A stretch of 42,551 nt of DNA from Butyricicoccus sp. (GCA_031293105.1 JAUMSA010000091.1:1-42551); one strand, 5' to 3'; numbered from the stretch's first letter, positions 27,707 to 37,660 are shown. Numbers and translations are program-made. Notes: generated by a model from the sequence alone, not told the origin.

Positions 27707-29323
27707 ATGGAAATAAACAGTAGAATGAGTTCCATTCTATATCTGCTCTTGGCATCCAATGGCCGTATTCATATCGATAGTCTTCTTGATGAAATCGGCC
27801 TGTCCCGGCGGGCGTTGCATTATGATCTGACAAAGATTAATACCTATTTAGTCGATCATCATATTCCACCGATCGAACTGAAAAATGGAAATTGCGTCGT
27901 ACAATTTGAGAGCATCCCCGAGATTGAAAAGCTCCTACAGACCCGGTCATCCTATTTGGCATCCAGCCAGGAACGTATGACCCTAGAGACGATGGTTATC
28001 GCTTTGGATAAGAATTTAACTACCCTAGAAGGATTGCGACAGAAGTTGGATGTGAGTAAAAACACCATTCAATCGGATTTGCGCATGCTCAAAGAGCGGG
28101 TGACCGAAAGCGGATTGCGGCTGCAATTTTCCCACAAGGACGGCTATTATTTTGAGGGCGACGAATTGTCCATCCGCAATTTCATCTCAGACGAATTGAG
28201 TACCGTAAAAAACCGTGGCGTATGGCAAATGATCATCCGGCTGCTCAACCAATCGGTATGTCAGGTACTGAAAATCGACAATACAGCATGGGATGCCTAT
28301 CGCACGGTGATCGCTGCTATTCAGCGCTATGGGGATGCAATTGCAGCAAGCTTTGTGGAGCAGTTTGTCCGGCATACAGCGGTGATGATCCTAGCAGCAG
28401 TTATCCGCGATCATATGACCGGACAGCCGATCGCCTTTGATCCCATGGAACGAAGGACATTGTGCTATACCGAAGAATTGGAACAGGTCAAAAATATGCT
28501 GCGGCAACTGGCTGCGGACCAGATTGTACTACCAAAAGATGAAGAGTTCTATGTAGCGTATTTGCTACTGGGTATGAAACGTTTTGCGTTTGAAGGACAG
28601 TCCAATGGTGACATCATGGAAATGGTCGATGCCTTTTTGCGGAATTTGGAGGCCAACCTGGGCAAACCGATTGAGCGCAAACAGCAATTGCGGGAAAAAA
28701 TAGCGTTGCACATGGGACCCATGTATTATCGGCTCAAACTGGGGTTTCACAGCAGCAATGCCTTGTTGGAGGATATCAAACAGATGTATCCGTGGGGCTT
28801 TGCCATTGTAGAACAGAGCATTGAGGGGATGGAAGGTGAAATTGCCAGCCTGATTACCGAAGATGAAATCGCATTTTTGGTGATGTTTGTCGAAAGCCAT
28901 ATGGCAGAACTGAAGATCGATGAGACCCGCCGGGATGCCTGCAAAATACTGATCGTTTGCGGCGCCGGAGTCTCTACTTCGGTTTTTGTGCGCGCACAGT
29001 TGCAAGACCTGGTGGGTGAGGGATATCAATTTGAATTGAGCTCTGCATCTAAGCTGCAAGAGCGAGATTTGACCCAATACAATCTGATCATTTCTACTAT
29101 ACGGGATACTCGTTTGCCGTCGGGAACCATCTATGTATCGGCTATTTTGGATGAAAAAGACATCGCGGATATCATTGATCGGTTATGTGATACGCCCTTG
29201 TCCATTACGCATACAACGGTCAATGAAATTGTAGAAGCATTTGCGGGGCATGTGAAGTCCAAGGACGAGCTGAAAAATATTAAGCAGAGCCTATTTGAAT
29301 ACTTTTGCAAAAGGAGGGATTGA
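27707..29323 (+). CDS. PRD-domain transcriptional regulator (BglG/LicR/MtlR-like: HTH, Mga-HTH, PRDs, EIIB)
   Basis: LSRRALHYDL and VSKNTIQSDL HTHs; PRD-like segments (EDEIAFLV); IVCGAGVSTS EIIB motif. Confidence 0.87.
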   Translation: MEINSRMSSILYLLLASNGRIHIDSLLDEIGLSRRALHYDLTKINTYLVDHHIPPIELKNGNCVVQFESIPEIEKLLQTRSSYLASSQERMTLETMVIALDKNLTTLEGLRQKLDVSKNTIQSDLRMLKERVTESGLRLQFSHKDGYYFEGDELSIRNFISDELSTVKNRGVWQMIIRLLNQSVCQVLKIDNTAWDAYRTVIAAIQRYGDAIAASFVEQFVRHTAVMILAAVIRDHMTGQPIAFDPMERRTLCYTEELEQVKNMLRQLAADQIVLPKDEEFYVAYLLLGMKRFAFEGQSNGDIMEMVDAFLRNLEANLGKPIERKQQLREKIALHMGPMYYRLKLGFHSSNALLEDIKQMYPWGFAIVEQSIEGMEGEIASLITEDEIAFLVMFVESHMAELKIDETRRDACKILIVCGAGVSTSVFVRAQLQDLVGEGYQFELSSASKLQERDLTQYNLIISTIRDTRLPSGTIYVSAILDEKDIADIIDRLCDTPLSITHTTVNEIVEAFAGHVKSKDELKNIKQSLFEYFCKRRD

Positions 29324-29326
29324 TCG

Positions 29327-29782
29327 ATGTCAATTATTGACAGACGACATGTATTGGTAGGGCTTTCGGCTTCCGGAAGGGAAGATGCACTGCGTAAAGT
29401 AGCTGATCTGCTGCGCAGTACGGACTGTGTCAAAGAAAGTTTTACCGATGCGGTCTTGGCACGGGAGGAGGTTTATCCAACGGGACTCAACCTCAAATAC
29501 AATGCCATTGCCATGCCGCATACCGATCCTCAGCATGTCAACCGACCGGGCATTGCCTTGGTGAAGCTGGACAAGCCGGTGGAGTTTTGGCATATGGGCG
29601 GATCAGGCGAACTGGTACAGGCCGAGATGATTTTTATGATGGCCATTACCGACCCAGAAGAGCAGATCAACAATTTAAAAAAAGTGATGCAGGTTTTTTT
29701 GGATGCTGATCTGGTCGCGAAATTCCGCAATGCGCGGGATGCGGATGAACTTTATGCCTTGGGCAAACAATATTTCGAATAA
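29327..29782 (+). CDS. PTS EIIA component (galactitol/Ntr-type)
   Basis: REEVYPTGL...IAMPHTD. Confidence 0.92.
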   Translation: MSIIDRRHVLVGLSASGREDALRKVADLLRSTDCVKESFTDAVLAREEVYPTGLNLKYNAIAMPHTDPQHVNRPGIALVKLDKPVEFWHMGGSGELVQAEMIFMMAITDPEEQINNLKKVMQVFLDADLVAKFRNARDADELYALGKQYFE

Positions 29783-29802
29783 TGGTTTTAGGAGGTTTTG
29801 AT

Positions 29803-30096
29803 ATGAAAAAGGTATGTGTATTGTGCGTTTGTGGTTCGGGAACGGTCACTTCTTCGATGCTGGCAGCCAAGCTCAAAGAAAAACTGGCTGAAAAGGGCTA
29901 TGATGCCGATTGCATCGAAACCAATCCGGGCGGCGTAGAATCGACGATGAGTTCGCATCCGGTCGATTTCATGGCATGTTCCAGCCCGGTACCGGGGGAT
30001 TATGGTGTGCCCAAATTGGCTGCGACCTCTTTCCTGATCGGGCTGGATGAAGAAGGCTTTATGGAAGAGGTTCTGGAAGTGCTCAAGGATAAATAA
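29803..30096 (+). CDS. PTS EIIB component (galactitol type)
   Basis: VCGSGTVTS phospho-Cys motif; AGGAGG RBS. Confidence 0.92.
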   Translation: MKKVCVLCVCGSGTVTSSMLAAKLKEKLAEKGYDADCIETNPGGVESTMSSHPVDFMACSSPVPGDYGVPKLAATSFLIGLDEEGFMEEVLEVLKDK

Positions 30097-30134
30097 AGGC
30101 AAGCCGGGATGAAGGTGGGAAAGGAGCAATCTTC

Positions 30135-31535
30135 ATGTTAGATGCAATGCAAAATATATTCAATGCGTTTGGTGCGATTGTATTTGTGCCAATCATCCTG
30201 TTCATTGTGGCAAAATGCATGGGCGTGCCCAGCAAAAAAGCAATCGACTGTGCGATTCTTTCGGCCATCGGCCTGGAAGGGTTTACGCTGATTATCAATT
30301 CGTACTCCGGAATCATTAGCCCCATCATTGAACAAATGGTAGAAACCACGGGCGTCAGCCTGGAAATCGTGGACATCGGCTGGCAGGCTACCTCGGTGGT
30401 GGCGTATTCAACGACCATTGGCGTCATTTTCTTTGCCATTGCAATTGTCTTGCAGCTTGTCCTGTATTTCTGTAAGTTTACCAATGTCTTTATGGTCAGT
30501 GATTTGTGGAACAACTATGGCTTTATGGTTTGGGGCTCCATGTTGTATCTGCTGACCCATAACATCTTCCTGGCGTTCCTTCTGATGATTGTTCAGAACC
30601 TGTATTGCCTGCTGTTTTCCGAAGTGCTCGCCAAACGGTTTTCGACATATTATGGCTATCCCAACTGCTGCATGAGTGTGCCGATGCACATGGATGCGGT
30701 CCCGTTTGCGATTGTGATGAATTTCCTGCTCAATAAACTGGGCTTCCATAAGATCAAGGCCAGCCCCAAGGCATTGGCGGATAAGGCCGGTATGCTGGCA
30801 GACCCCAAGGTCATTGGCATGATCTTAGGCGCTATTATTGCGATCATCAGCTATTCGGGAAGTTTGGGCGAACTGGGAAGCTGGGGTGCAATTGCGACCT
30901 GTGCGATTGCCACATCGGCGATTATGACCATTTTCCCCAAAGTCGCCGGTATCTTTGCTTCGGCTTTTACACCCCTCTCTTCGGCATATGCCAAAAAAGC
31001 TGCCGCAAGCGGCAAGGGACGCACCTGGTATATTGCTATTAACGATGCGGTCGCCTATGGCGAAACGGCAACCCTGACCACCGGCATTATCTTAATGCCG
31101 ATTCTGCTGGTCATCGCGTTCATTCTGCCCGGCAACAAGTTTTTGCCGCTGGTTGATTTATGCGCCATTCCGTACATGATCGAAGTATTTATTTGCGTCA
31201 CCAATGGCAACATTGTCAAGAGCACCATTTGCGGCACCATCTGGTATACCATCGGTCTTCTGTGCATCACCGCAGTATCCCCCTATTTTACCCAGGTCGC
31301 GGCATCGGTCGGTGTTGAGATGGCCATTGCGGGTACATTGGTGGCAAGCTTTGGTGTTATGGGACGTCCGCTGAACTGCCTGTCGTTCTTGGCGTTCCTC
31401 AGCGGCAATCCAGTCATCATTGGTGGTGTCATTGTCCTATATGTCATCCTATATGTGGCCTTTAAATGCAAAGGGCAAGTTCTGGTCGACTACATGGAAA
31501 ACTGCAACGAAATTCCCCAGACGGGCAGAGCTTGA
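30135..31535 (+). CDS. PTS EIIC component (GatC family)
   Basis: DIGWQ, DLWNNY, LPGNKFLP motifs; multiple TM segments. Confidence 0.92.
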   Translation: MLDAMQNIFNAFGAIVFVPIILFIVAKCMGVPSKKAIDCAILSAIGLEGFTLIINSYSGIISPIIEQMVETTGVSLEIVDIGWQATSVVAYSTTIGVIFFAIAIVLQLVLYFCKFTNVFMVSDLWNNYGFMVWGSMLYLLTHNIFLAFLLMIVQNLYCLLFSEVLAKRFSTYYGYPNCCMSVPMHMDAVPFAIVMNFLLNKLGFHKIKASPKALADKAGMLADPKVIGMILGAIIAIISYSGSLGELGSWGAIATCAIATSAIMTIFPKVAGIFASAFTPLSSAYAKKAAASGKGRTWYIAINDAVAYGETATLTTGIILMPILLVIAFILPGNKFLPLVDLCAIPYMIEVFICVTNGNIVKSTICGTIWYTIGLLCITAVSPYFTQVAASVGVEMAIAGTLVASFGVMGRPLNCLSFLAFLSGNPVIIGGVIVLYVILYVAFKCKGQVLVDYMENCNEIPQTGRA

Positions 31536-31563
31536 AAATTTTTAGACAAAGGGAGGAAGTTAG

Positions 31564-32652
31564 ATGTTGGATACACTTATCCAGAACAAGCAGAACGTTC
31601 TGGTGGTTGGCGATGTGTTTGTATCGTGCGAAACCATGGCGGATGCTGTCCGGCAGTCAGCCATTCCGGTGGGACAAATGCACACGGTTTTTTGGGGCGA
31701 GCATTCGGTGGAGTCCTTCTCGCAAAAGCAGGTCAATATCGAGAAAAATGGACCGGATGCCGAGCCGTATCCGGCTGAGATCGATGCTTGCATTCAGGAT
31801 GTCCATGTGTTGATGACGCATTTTGCTCCCATTCCGGGGCGCCTGATCGAAAAAGCCAAAAATCTGCGCTGTATCCTGACCTGCCGCGGCGGATTGGAAC
31901 ACATCGATGTGCAGGCCGCCAGTGCGCGCAATATTCCAGTAATCAACGTCATCCGCAACGCCGAACCGGTGGCTGATTTTACATTGGGCCTGATCCTGGC
32001 GCTCACGCGCAACATTGCCACCGCCCATACCAAATTGATCGCAGGGGAATGGTCCAAGTCTTATCCCAATTATGAGTATACGACCACGCTCAGCAATCTG
32101 ACGATTGGTCTGGCTGGACTGGGGAATGTAGGATTGGAAATTGCCAAGCGGCTGAAAGCCCTTGGGGGCAAGACCTTGGGATTTGATGAGTATGTAACGC
32201 AGGAGCGGCTGGAGAAGAACGGATTGGGCGATCTGGTACGGGTAGACCGGCTAGAGGACTTGTTTAAAACAGCCGATGTTATCAGTTTGCACCTGCGCCT
32301 GACCGAAGAAACACGGGGGATGATCGACCGGCGGTATTTCAGCCTGATGAAGCCAAGCAGTTATTTTATCAATACCTCGCGCGGCGGACTCGTCAAGCAG
32401 GCCGACCTAATCGAAACGCTGCGCGCTCACCGGATTGCCGGGGCAGCGCTGGATGTGTTCGAAAAAGAGCCGGTGACGCGGGAAAGTGGCTTTGTAGGGT
32501 TGGATAATATCATCGTCACCCCGCACATTGCCGGGGACACGGTCAGCGCTGTCCCCAAATCCCCTTATCTGCTCATGCGGGAATTTGACAATATGTGCCG
32601 GACCGATAATCCGGAACGGATGGTCAATTTTAAAAATATCCGGCTTAACTGA
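31564..32652 (+). CDS. D-isomer-specific 2-hydroxyacid dehydrogenase family protein
   Basis: GLGNVG, INTSRGG, AALDVFEKEP, TPHIAG. Confidence 0.93.
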   Translation: MLDTLIQNKQNVLVVGDVFVSCETMADAVRQSAIPVGQMHTVFWGEHSVESFSQKQVNIEKNGPDAEPYPAEIDACIQDVHVLMTHFAPIPGRLIEKAKNLRCILTCRGGLEHIDVQAASARNIPVINVIRNAEPVADFTLGLILALTRNIATAHTKLIAGEWSKSYPNYEYTTTLSNLTIGLAGLGNVGLEIAKRLKALGGKTLGFDEYVTQERLEKNGLGDLVRVDRLEDLFKTADVISLHLRLTEETRGMIDRRYFSLMKPSSYFINTSRGGLVKQADLIETLRAHRIAGAALDVFEKEPVTRESGFVGLDNIIVTPHIAGDTVSAVPKSPYLLMREFDNMCRTDNPERMVNFKNIRLN

Positions 32653-32683
32653 CCGGAAAATCGAGAAAAGGAAGGATACAATT

Positions 32684-33331
32684 ATGAAATACCAAGAGAT
32701 CCGAGAAAAAGTCCTGGCAGCAGCACAGCAGGCCAATGCGATGGGGCTCATCCATGGTACCTGCGGCAATATTTCGATGCGTGACGCTACCGACGATGTC
32801 GTTGCGATCACCCCGAGCAATATGCCCTATGATTCGTTGAAGCCGGAAGATATCACGGTGATTGACCTGCACGGCAACATCGTGGATGGCGCCTATATTC
32901 CGTCGTCTGAGACTCCGATGCATACCGCGGTTTATCGCGCACGGCCGGATATCCGGGCGATCGTACATACCCATTCGCTGTATGCGACCGTGATGTCCAT
33001 GCGGCTGGCTGACTTGGACCGGGCTACCGTGCCGTCGAATATGTACTACCCCATCCATACGGCACCGTTTGCCATGCCGGGTTCGCAGGAATTGGCCGAT
33101 GCCGCCGTTCAGGCACTGGGAAAGCAAGGGGACGTCACCCTGCTGCAAAATCATGGCCTGCTGGCCACGGGGCCGGATATGGAAGCAGCGATGAACTGCG
33201 CAGTTTATGTGGAAGAGGATGCACAGGTCGGTTACTATGCGGCGCTGCTCGGCGTCCCGGCCAGTCGGTATATCCCGGAAGAGGCGGTGCAAAAGATTCG
33301 TGCCACGGCACTGTCCGGCCGTGCGGTATAA
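32684..33331 (+). CDS. Class II aldolase (L-fuculose-phosphate aldolase-like)
   Basis: GNIS.R, PSSE..MH, HTHS, LQNHG; start after AAGGAAGGA. Confidence 0.92.
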   Translation: MKYQEIREKVLAAAQQANAMGLIHGTCGNISMRDATDDVVAITPSNMPYDSLKPEDITVIDLHGNIVDGAYIPSSETPMHTAVYRARPDIRAIVHTHSLYATVMSMRLADLDRATVPSNMYYPIHTAPFAMPGSQELADAAVQALGKQGDVTLLQNHGLLATGPDMEAAMNCAVYVEEDAQVGYYAALLGVPASRYIPEEAVQKIRATALSGRAV

Positions 33332-33334
33332 GGG

Positions 33335-34528
33335 GTGCTGATGATGCTGAATTTTCAATTTTGCTTCCCGACACAGGTGATTTTTGGAGCCGGTGAATTT
33401 GCAAAACTGGGCGATGAGGTTGCAAAATATGGCCATCGCGCCCTATTGGTTGAGCAGCCGGGTCCGTTGGAGAAAAATGGCCTGTTTGCACGCGGCGTAC
33501 ATTTGATGGAGCAGGCGGGTGTAGCTGTATGTGAATTGTCGGGCGTGGAGAGCAATCCTCGTTTGACCAAGATCGAAGAAGGCATTCGACTGGTACGTGA
33601 CAATGCTCTGGAAGTCATTGTTGCCATTGGCGGCGGCAGTACGATCGATACCGCTAAGGCCATCGCCCTTGGCGCTGCCGACCCGACCGGTGGGGACGTG
33701 TGGGACTTCTTTGCCGGCGTACGGCCGGTGGAGCAGACTTTGCCTGTGGTTGCGGTATCTACCATTTCTGCAACCGGAGCCGAAACCAGTTGTCACTGCG
33801 TAGTGACCAACAACCGGGCGTCCGACCATACGGCCTGGAAAAAATGGGCGGTGCATAACACGGTTTTATGTCCCAAAACGGCGATCATCGATCCCGAGCT
33901 GCTTGTATCCGTCCCTGCGCGGTTGACGGCAGGCGGAATGGCAGATACCATCTCTCATATTATTGAGGGATATTTTGACGGGGTGGATGGCAATCCGATC
34001 TCGGACGCCATTGGCGAAGGCATTGTGCGAACCGTCCTCGAAAGCGATGGGGTGCTGGAGCATCCGGAAGATGTGAATTTGCGCGCACAGATTGCCTGGG
34101 CTTCTACGCTGGCGATGGGCGGTATTCAGGATTGTGGCCGTCTGAACGCTGGCTGGCCGGCCCATTGGATTCAGCATGCCATTGGCGCGCTGACCGATTC
34201 ATCCCATGGAGAGGGCTTGGCAGTCATCAATCCGGCCTGGCTGGACTTTATCAATGCGGAGAACCCTAAGAAATTTGTACAGTTTACCGAACGTATTTTT
34301 GGTTTGGAACGTCCACAAGGTATGACCGATGTGGAATATGGACAGATGGGTCTGGATGAACTGCGTAACCGTTTCCGGGCCTGGGGGCTGCCGACCTGCT
34401 TACAGGAGCTGGGTGTGACACGGGATATGTTCCCAGTTATCATTGAGAGCATTTTGCACAATAACGAATCATTCCAATTTACCCGCGATCAGATCGAGCG
34501 AGTGCTGGAACGGTGCTATGGATCATAA
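33335..34528 (+). CDS. Iron-containing alcohol dehydrogenase (BdhA/YugJ-like)
   Basis: GGGSTIDTAK, ATGAE, DTISHIIE, H.IQH...HGEGLA; true start may be a few codons in. Confidence 0.92.
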   Translation: MLMMLNFQFCFPTQVIFGAGEFAKLGDEVAKYGHRALLVEQPGPLEKNGLFARGVHLMEQAGVAVCELSGVESNPRLTKIEEGIRLVRDNALEVIVAIGGGSTIDTAKAIALGAADPTGGDVWDFFAGVRPVEQTLPVVAVSTISATGAETSCHCVVTNNRASDHTAWKKWAVHNTVLCPKTAIIDPELLVSVPARLTAGGMADTISHIIEGYFDGVDGNPISDAIGEGIVRTVLESDGVLEHPEDVNLRAQIAWASTLAMGGIQDCGRLNAGWPAHWIQHAIGALTDSSHGEGLAVINPAWLDFINAENPKKFVQFTERIFGLERPQGMTDVEYGQMGLDELRNRFRAWGLPTCLQELGVTRDMFPVIIESILHNNESFQFTRDQIERVLERCYGS

Positions 34529-34547
34529 AACATAAGGAGGGAGCACA

Positions 34548-34883
34548 GTGCCGCAAAAAGATTGGATGATGTTGGTGGCTTTGGTCGTCACCGTGATTCT
34601 GACACAAATGATGCGCTGCCATAAACAGCAGTTTTACACCCCCATCGCACAAAACCCAAGAATGGAAGGGCATGTGCTCAATCGTAAGTATCAATTCTAT
34701 ATGAAACCAGGGATAAACTACAGAAAAATTAATCAATGGTATCTTACGGCATCGACAGGCGCATTCTTAGCAGCTGTTGGCATTGCAATTGCGATCGGAT
34801 ACTTGGCTGGTATTGCGGCATTTCTGGTATTCTATCCCCTAACATATGTACTAGCAACCAAAATAATCGTGCATGTGAGCTGA
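34548..34883 (+). CDS. Small membrane protein
   Basis: AAGGAGG RBS with GTG start; 2-3 hydrophobic segments. Confidence 0.65.
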   Translation: MPQKDWMMLVALVVTVILTQMMRCHKQQFYTPIAQNPRMEGHVLNRKYQFYMKPGINYRKINQWYLTASTGAFLAAVGIAIAIGYLAGIAAFLVFYPLTYVLATKIIVHVS

Positions 34884-34894
34884 AAATTTTTATC

Positions 34895-35428
34895 TCAATA
34901 AACAAAACGCAAGCAAAATAAAAAGTTTTGCTTGCGTTTTTCCTTCAAATTTTTGATCTGCTCCGAGATATCCCGCTGGCTCATGCCACAGGCATAAAGG
35001 CATAGGATTTTCTCCTCTATACCGTCGGCATTGCGATTGTACTTGCCGATGATCTGCGGCTCATATTCGCCGTTGCGATCTCGAGGGACCTTCACTTCCA
35101 CCTCGCCTAATTGGGTTTCTACGGTCTTTTTCGAGTAGCCATTGCGGTAATTCCGCTTCCCGGTTTCGACAGCCGATTCCGACTGGCGTTGACTCTTTTC
35201 GTAACCCAACTGCGCTTCCAGTTCGCTCTCCATCACTTGCTGGAGCACATCCCGAAACATCTCTTTCATGGCAGTCATGATCTCTGTGGTGCTGTTAACG
35301 CTTTCAGCAGCTCATACGGGGTCTTTTCCATACTAAAACATCCTTTCCATCGCTCTCTGGTTTCTGTTCCCATTCTTGACGGAAAGGATGCCTGTTATTC
35401 ACTTTTACACAAAATTTTAGGGGGTCTC
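34895..35428 (-). mobile_element. IS256-family remnant (left end plus truncated, frameshifted transposase)
   Basis: ELEAQLGYEK, NYRNGYSKK, VPRDRNGEYEP; terminal GAGACCCCCTAAAATTTTGTGTAAAA ending at 35428; frame break after MEKTPYELLKA. Confidence 0.85.
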
Positions 35429-35456
35429 TGTTTTTCAGCTGCGGTGAGCTGTTCGT

Positions 35457-36173
35457 TCATCCGCGGCCGATGAAATATGGATACATCGCTACAAAGGTAT
35501 CCTGCGCGGATAGACAGGTATCCATGAGATACCCTTTTTCTCTGGGATACTCTTGCAATCCTCGATAGTAGAAGGCTTTGTGCTGCTCGTCTAGGATAAA
35601 CGGCATGATGCCATATTTCAGACATTCCCGAAACAGAATCAGCCGTCCGACACGCCCGTTTCCGTCTTGAAACGGATGGATAGCTTCAAACCTAGCGTGA
35701 AAATCAATGATATCCTCGACCTTGACCGCCGAAAGCGCATGATACTGTTTTAATAGTTTCCGAAGTTCCGGCTCTACGTTCTCCGGCCGAACCGTTTCCC
35801 GGCCGCCGACCTCGTTTGGCAGCGCTTTAAAATCCCCGACACGAAACCAGCGTTTCCGCTCATCGGAAGTCCCTCGTTTCAAAATCGCATGGAATTGTTT
35901 GATGAGATTCATGGAAAGATCTTCTTCCGCGTGCTCCAGCATAAAGTCAAACGCCGCAAAGTGATTTTGCGTTTGGACGATATCATCGACATACAAGACC
36001 GTATGCTCGGCCAAAATGGTGTGCGTCTCAAACATCTGCCGGGTCTGTTCTTCGGTCAGATGGCTGCCCTCTATGCGGTTGGAATGATAGGCCATCCGAA
36101 TCTGCACCTCGGAATACAAGCGTAGATTCTTTTCTTTTTGTTCGCGCAGGATGTGCAAACATTCTCGTTCCAT
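35457..36173 (-). CDS. Fic-family protein
   Basis: HPFQDGNGRVGR; SNRIEG inhibitory-type motif; GAGGGAG RBS. Confidence 0.92.
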   Translation of the reverse strand: MERECLHILREQKEKNLRLYSEVQIRMAYHSNRIEGSHLTEEQTRQMFETHTILAEHTVLYVDDIVQTQNHFAAFDFMLEHAEEDLSMNLIKQFHAILKRGTSDERKRWFRVGDFKALPNEVGGRETVRPENVEPELRKLLKQYHALSAVKVEDIIDFHARFEAIHPFQDGNGRVGRLILFRECLKYGIMPFILDEQHKAFYYRGLQEYPREKGYLMDTCLSAQDTFVAMYPYFIGRG

Positions 36174-36186
36174 TTGAAACTCCCTC

Positions 36187-36462
36187 TTATTCGCCTTGGA
36201 TCTTAGCCCGCAGGGTTTTCATCACTTCCTCGGACGAATAGCGCAGATCGGTCCGTTCGGCTTCGCGCTCGGCCTCTTGCAGTTTGCAATATACTTCGGT
36301 CTCAAATTGCAGATTTTCAAATGCTTCCATACTCAAAATGACCAAATCTTCGCATCCGTTCTTGGTCAAAAAAATGGGTTGATTGGTTGCATGTGCGGTC
36401 TCGGAAATTTCCGCAAGATGGTCTTGCAAATCCGAAACCGGACGAACGATCTTCATATTCAT
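36187..36462 (-). CDS. Phd/YefM-family antitoxin
   Basis: IVRPVSDLQ...EIS...PIFLTKNG..DLVILSME. Confidence 0.88.
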   Translation of the reverse strand: MNMKIVRPVSDLQDHLAEISETAHATNQPIFLTKNGCEDLVILSMEAFENLQFETEVYCKLQEAEREAERTDLRYSSEEVMKTLRAKIQGE

Positions 36463-36481
36463 CCACTCCCTGATTGTATTG

Positions 36482-36655
36482 TATCATACTTCCGATGCGG
36501 CATCCAAGCGGCAAATCGTGGGGATTGCCGGGCTGCGTTTTTCGCGTTCCCCGAAGTTTTTTGCAAAACCATTTTTTGTAAAATGGCGAAGTGTATATAC
36601 ACTTCCTATGCTTGCTATCCCGCTTTCGCTTCCGAAAGGCGGAAGCAAAAAAATC
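36482..36655. repeat. 174-bp structured intergenic repeat, family C copy 1
   Basis: Colinear with 37487-37660, about 15 mismatches by manual alignment. Confidence 0.95.
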
Positions 36656-36784
36656 AAAAATCCCACGCCGCCGGGCAGTGACCAAAAGAGTATCTCGCTC
36701 TTTTGGATTTAAGCGTCTGGCACAAACTCCAGTTTCAGCTGCAAGGTTTTGACCAAGGGATTGGCTGTTTATAAACGGATAAGA

Positions 36785-36861
36785 CAAGGCCCGGCGCAGG
36801 AATAATCGATTCTGCGCCGGGCCTTGAATCCTTGCGGGGCATGAAGCAAAGTCGATCGTCT
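36785..36861. repeat. Hairpin repeat family B, copy 2 (also placed as terminator for the flavoprotein gene)
   Basis: Identical 15-bp stem and shared tail with 20990-21066. Confidence 0.9.
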
Positions 36862-36865
36862 TTCC

Positions 36866-37399
36866 TTACACCTGGCATCCCATTTGATACGCGATGTCCA
36901 AGACAGGCGTCTGGCTCACCTTGCCCGCCTCCATGATATGGGTTGCATAAATACGTCCCTTGATCTCAAAATGCTCGAGATGCTCGACAAAGCCGTCCAA
37001 GTCGCCGATCGAACGTTTTACAATTTCTTCGTCCAACCCGGCGGACACAATATAATACACTTCCTTTTGGCCTAAGTGCTGCCAAATCGGATAAGTCCGA
37101 TCGATAAAAGTCTTCATCTGCGCGCAGACGCCATAAAAGTATACCGGGGTTGCCAAGACCAAAACATCCGCTTTTTGGTACTGCTCCAAAATTTCCTGCA
37201 TATCGTCTTTTTGGATACAGACACCGTTGTTTCTCATGCAATAATCGCACGCTTTGCAATACCCGATGTTCTTGTCCGCCAATCGGATCAGCTTCACTGC
37301 GTTGCCGTTTTCTTCGGCGCCCCGCTGAAACGCCTCGCACAACTTCTGCGAGTTTCCGTTTTTTCTGGGGCTGGAAGAAAGAATCAATATGTTTTTCAT
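36866..37399 (-). CDS. Flavodoxin-family / iron-sulfur flavoprotein (NADPH-FMN reductase-like)
   Basis: SSPRKNGNS, CKACDYC...C, QKDDM, ATPVYFY, MKTFIDR. Confidence 0.9.
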   Translation of the reverse strand: MKNILILSSSPRKNGNSQKLCEAFQRGAEENGNAVKLIRLADKNIGYCKACDYCMRNNGVCIQKDDMQEILEQYQKADVLVLATPVYFYGVCAQMKTFIDRTYPIWQHLGQKEVYYIVSAGLDEEIVKRSIGDLDGFVEHLEHFEIKGRIYATHIMEAGKVSQTPVLDIAYQMGCQV

Positions 37400-37486
37400 T
37401 CGATGTTTCTCCTTGTCCGCTTTCGGTATGTCGCTTCCATTTAGTTTATCACGATCGAGTATCCAGGAAAACAGCTACCGTCATTT

Positions 37487-37660
37487 TATCATACTTTCGA
37501 TGCGGCATCCAAGCGGCAAATCGTGAGGATTACCGGGCTACGTTTTTGGCGTTCCCCGCATTTTTTTGCAAAACCATTTTTTGCAAAATGGGCAAGTGTC
37601 TAGACACTTATTATGCTTGCTATCCCGCTTTCGCTTCCGAAAAGCGGAAGCAAAAAAATC
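37487..37660. repeat. 174-bp structured intergenic repeat, family C copy 2
   Basis: Direct repeat of 36482-36655, 1005 bp apart. Confidence 0.95.

Noticed and set aside
36482..37660. Repeats as a CRISPR array
   Set aside because: Only two long copies separated by a gene; no repeat-spacer periodicity and no cas genes
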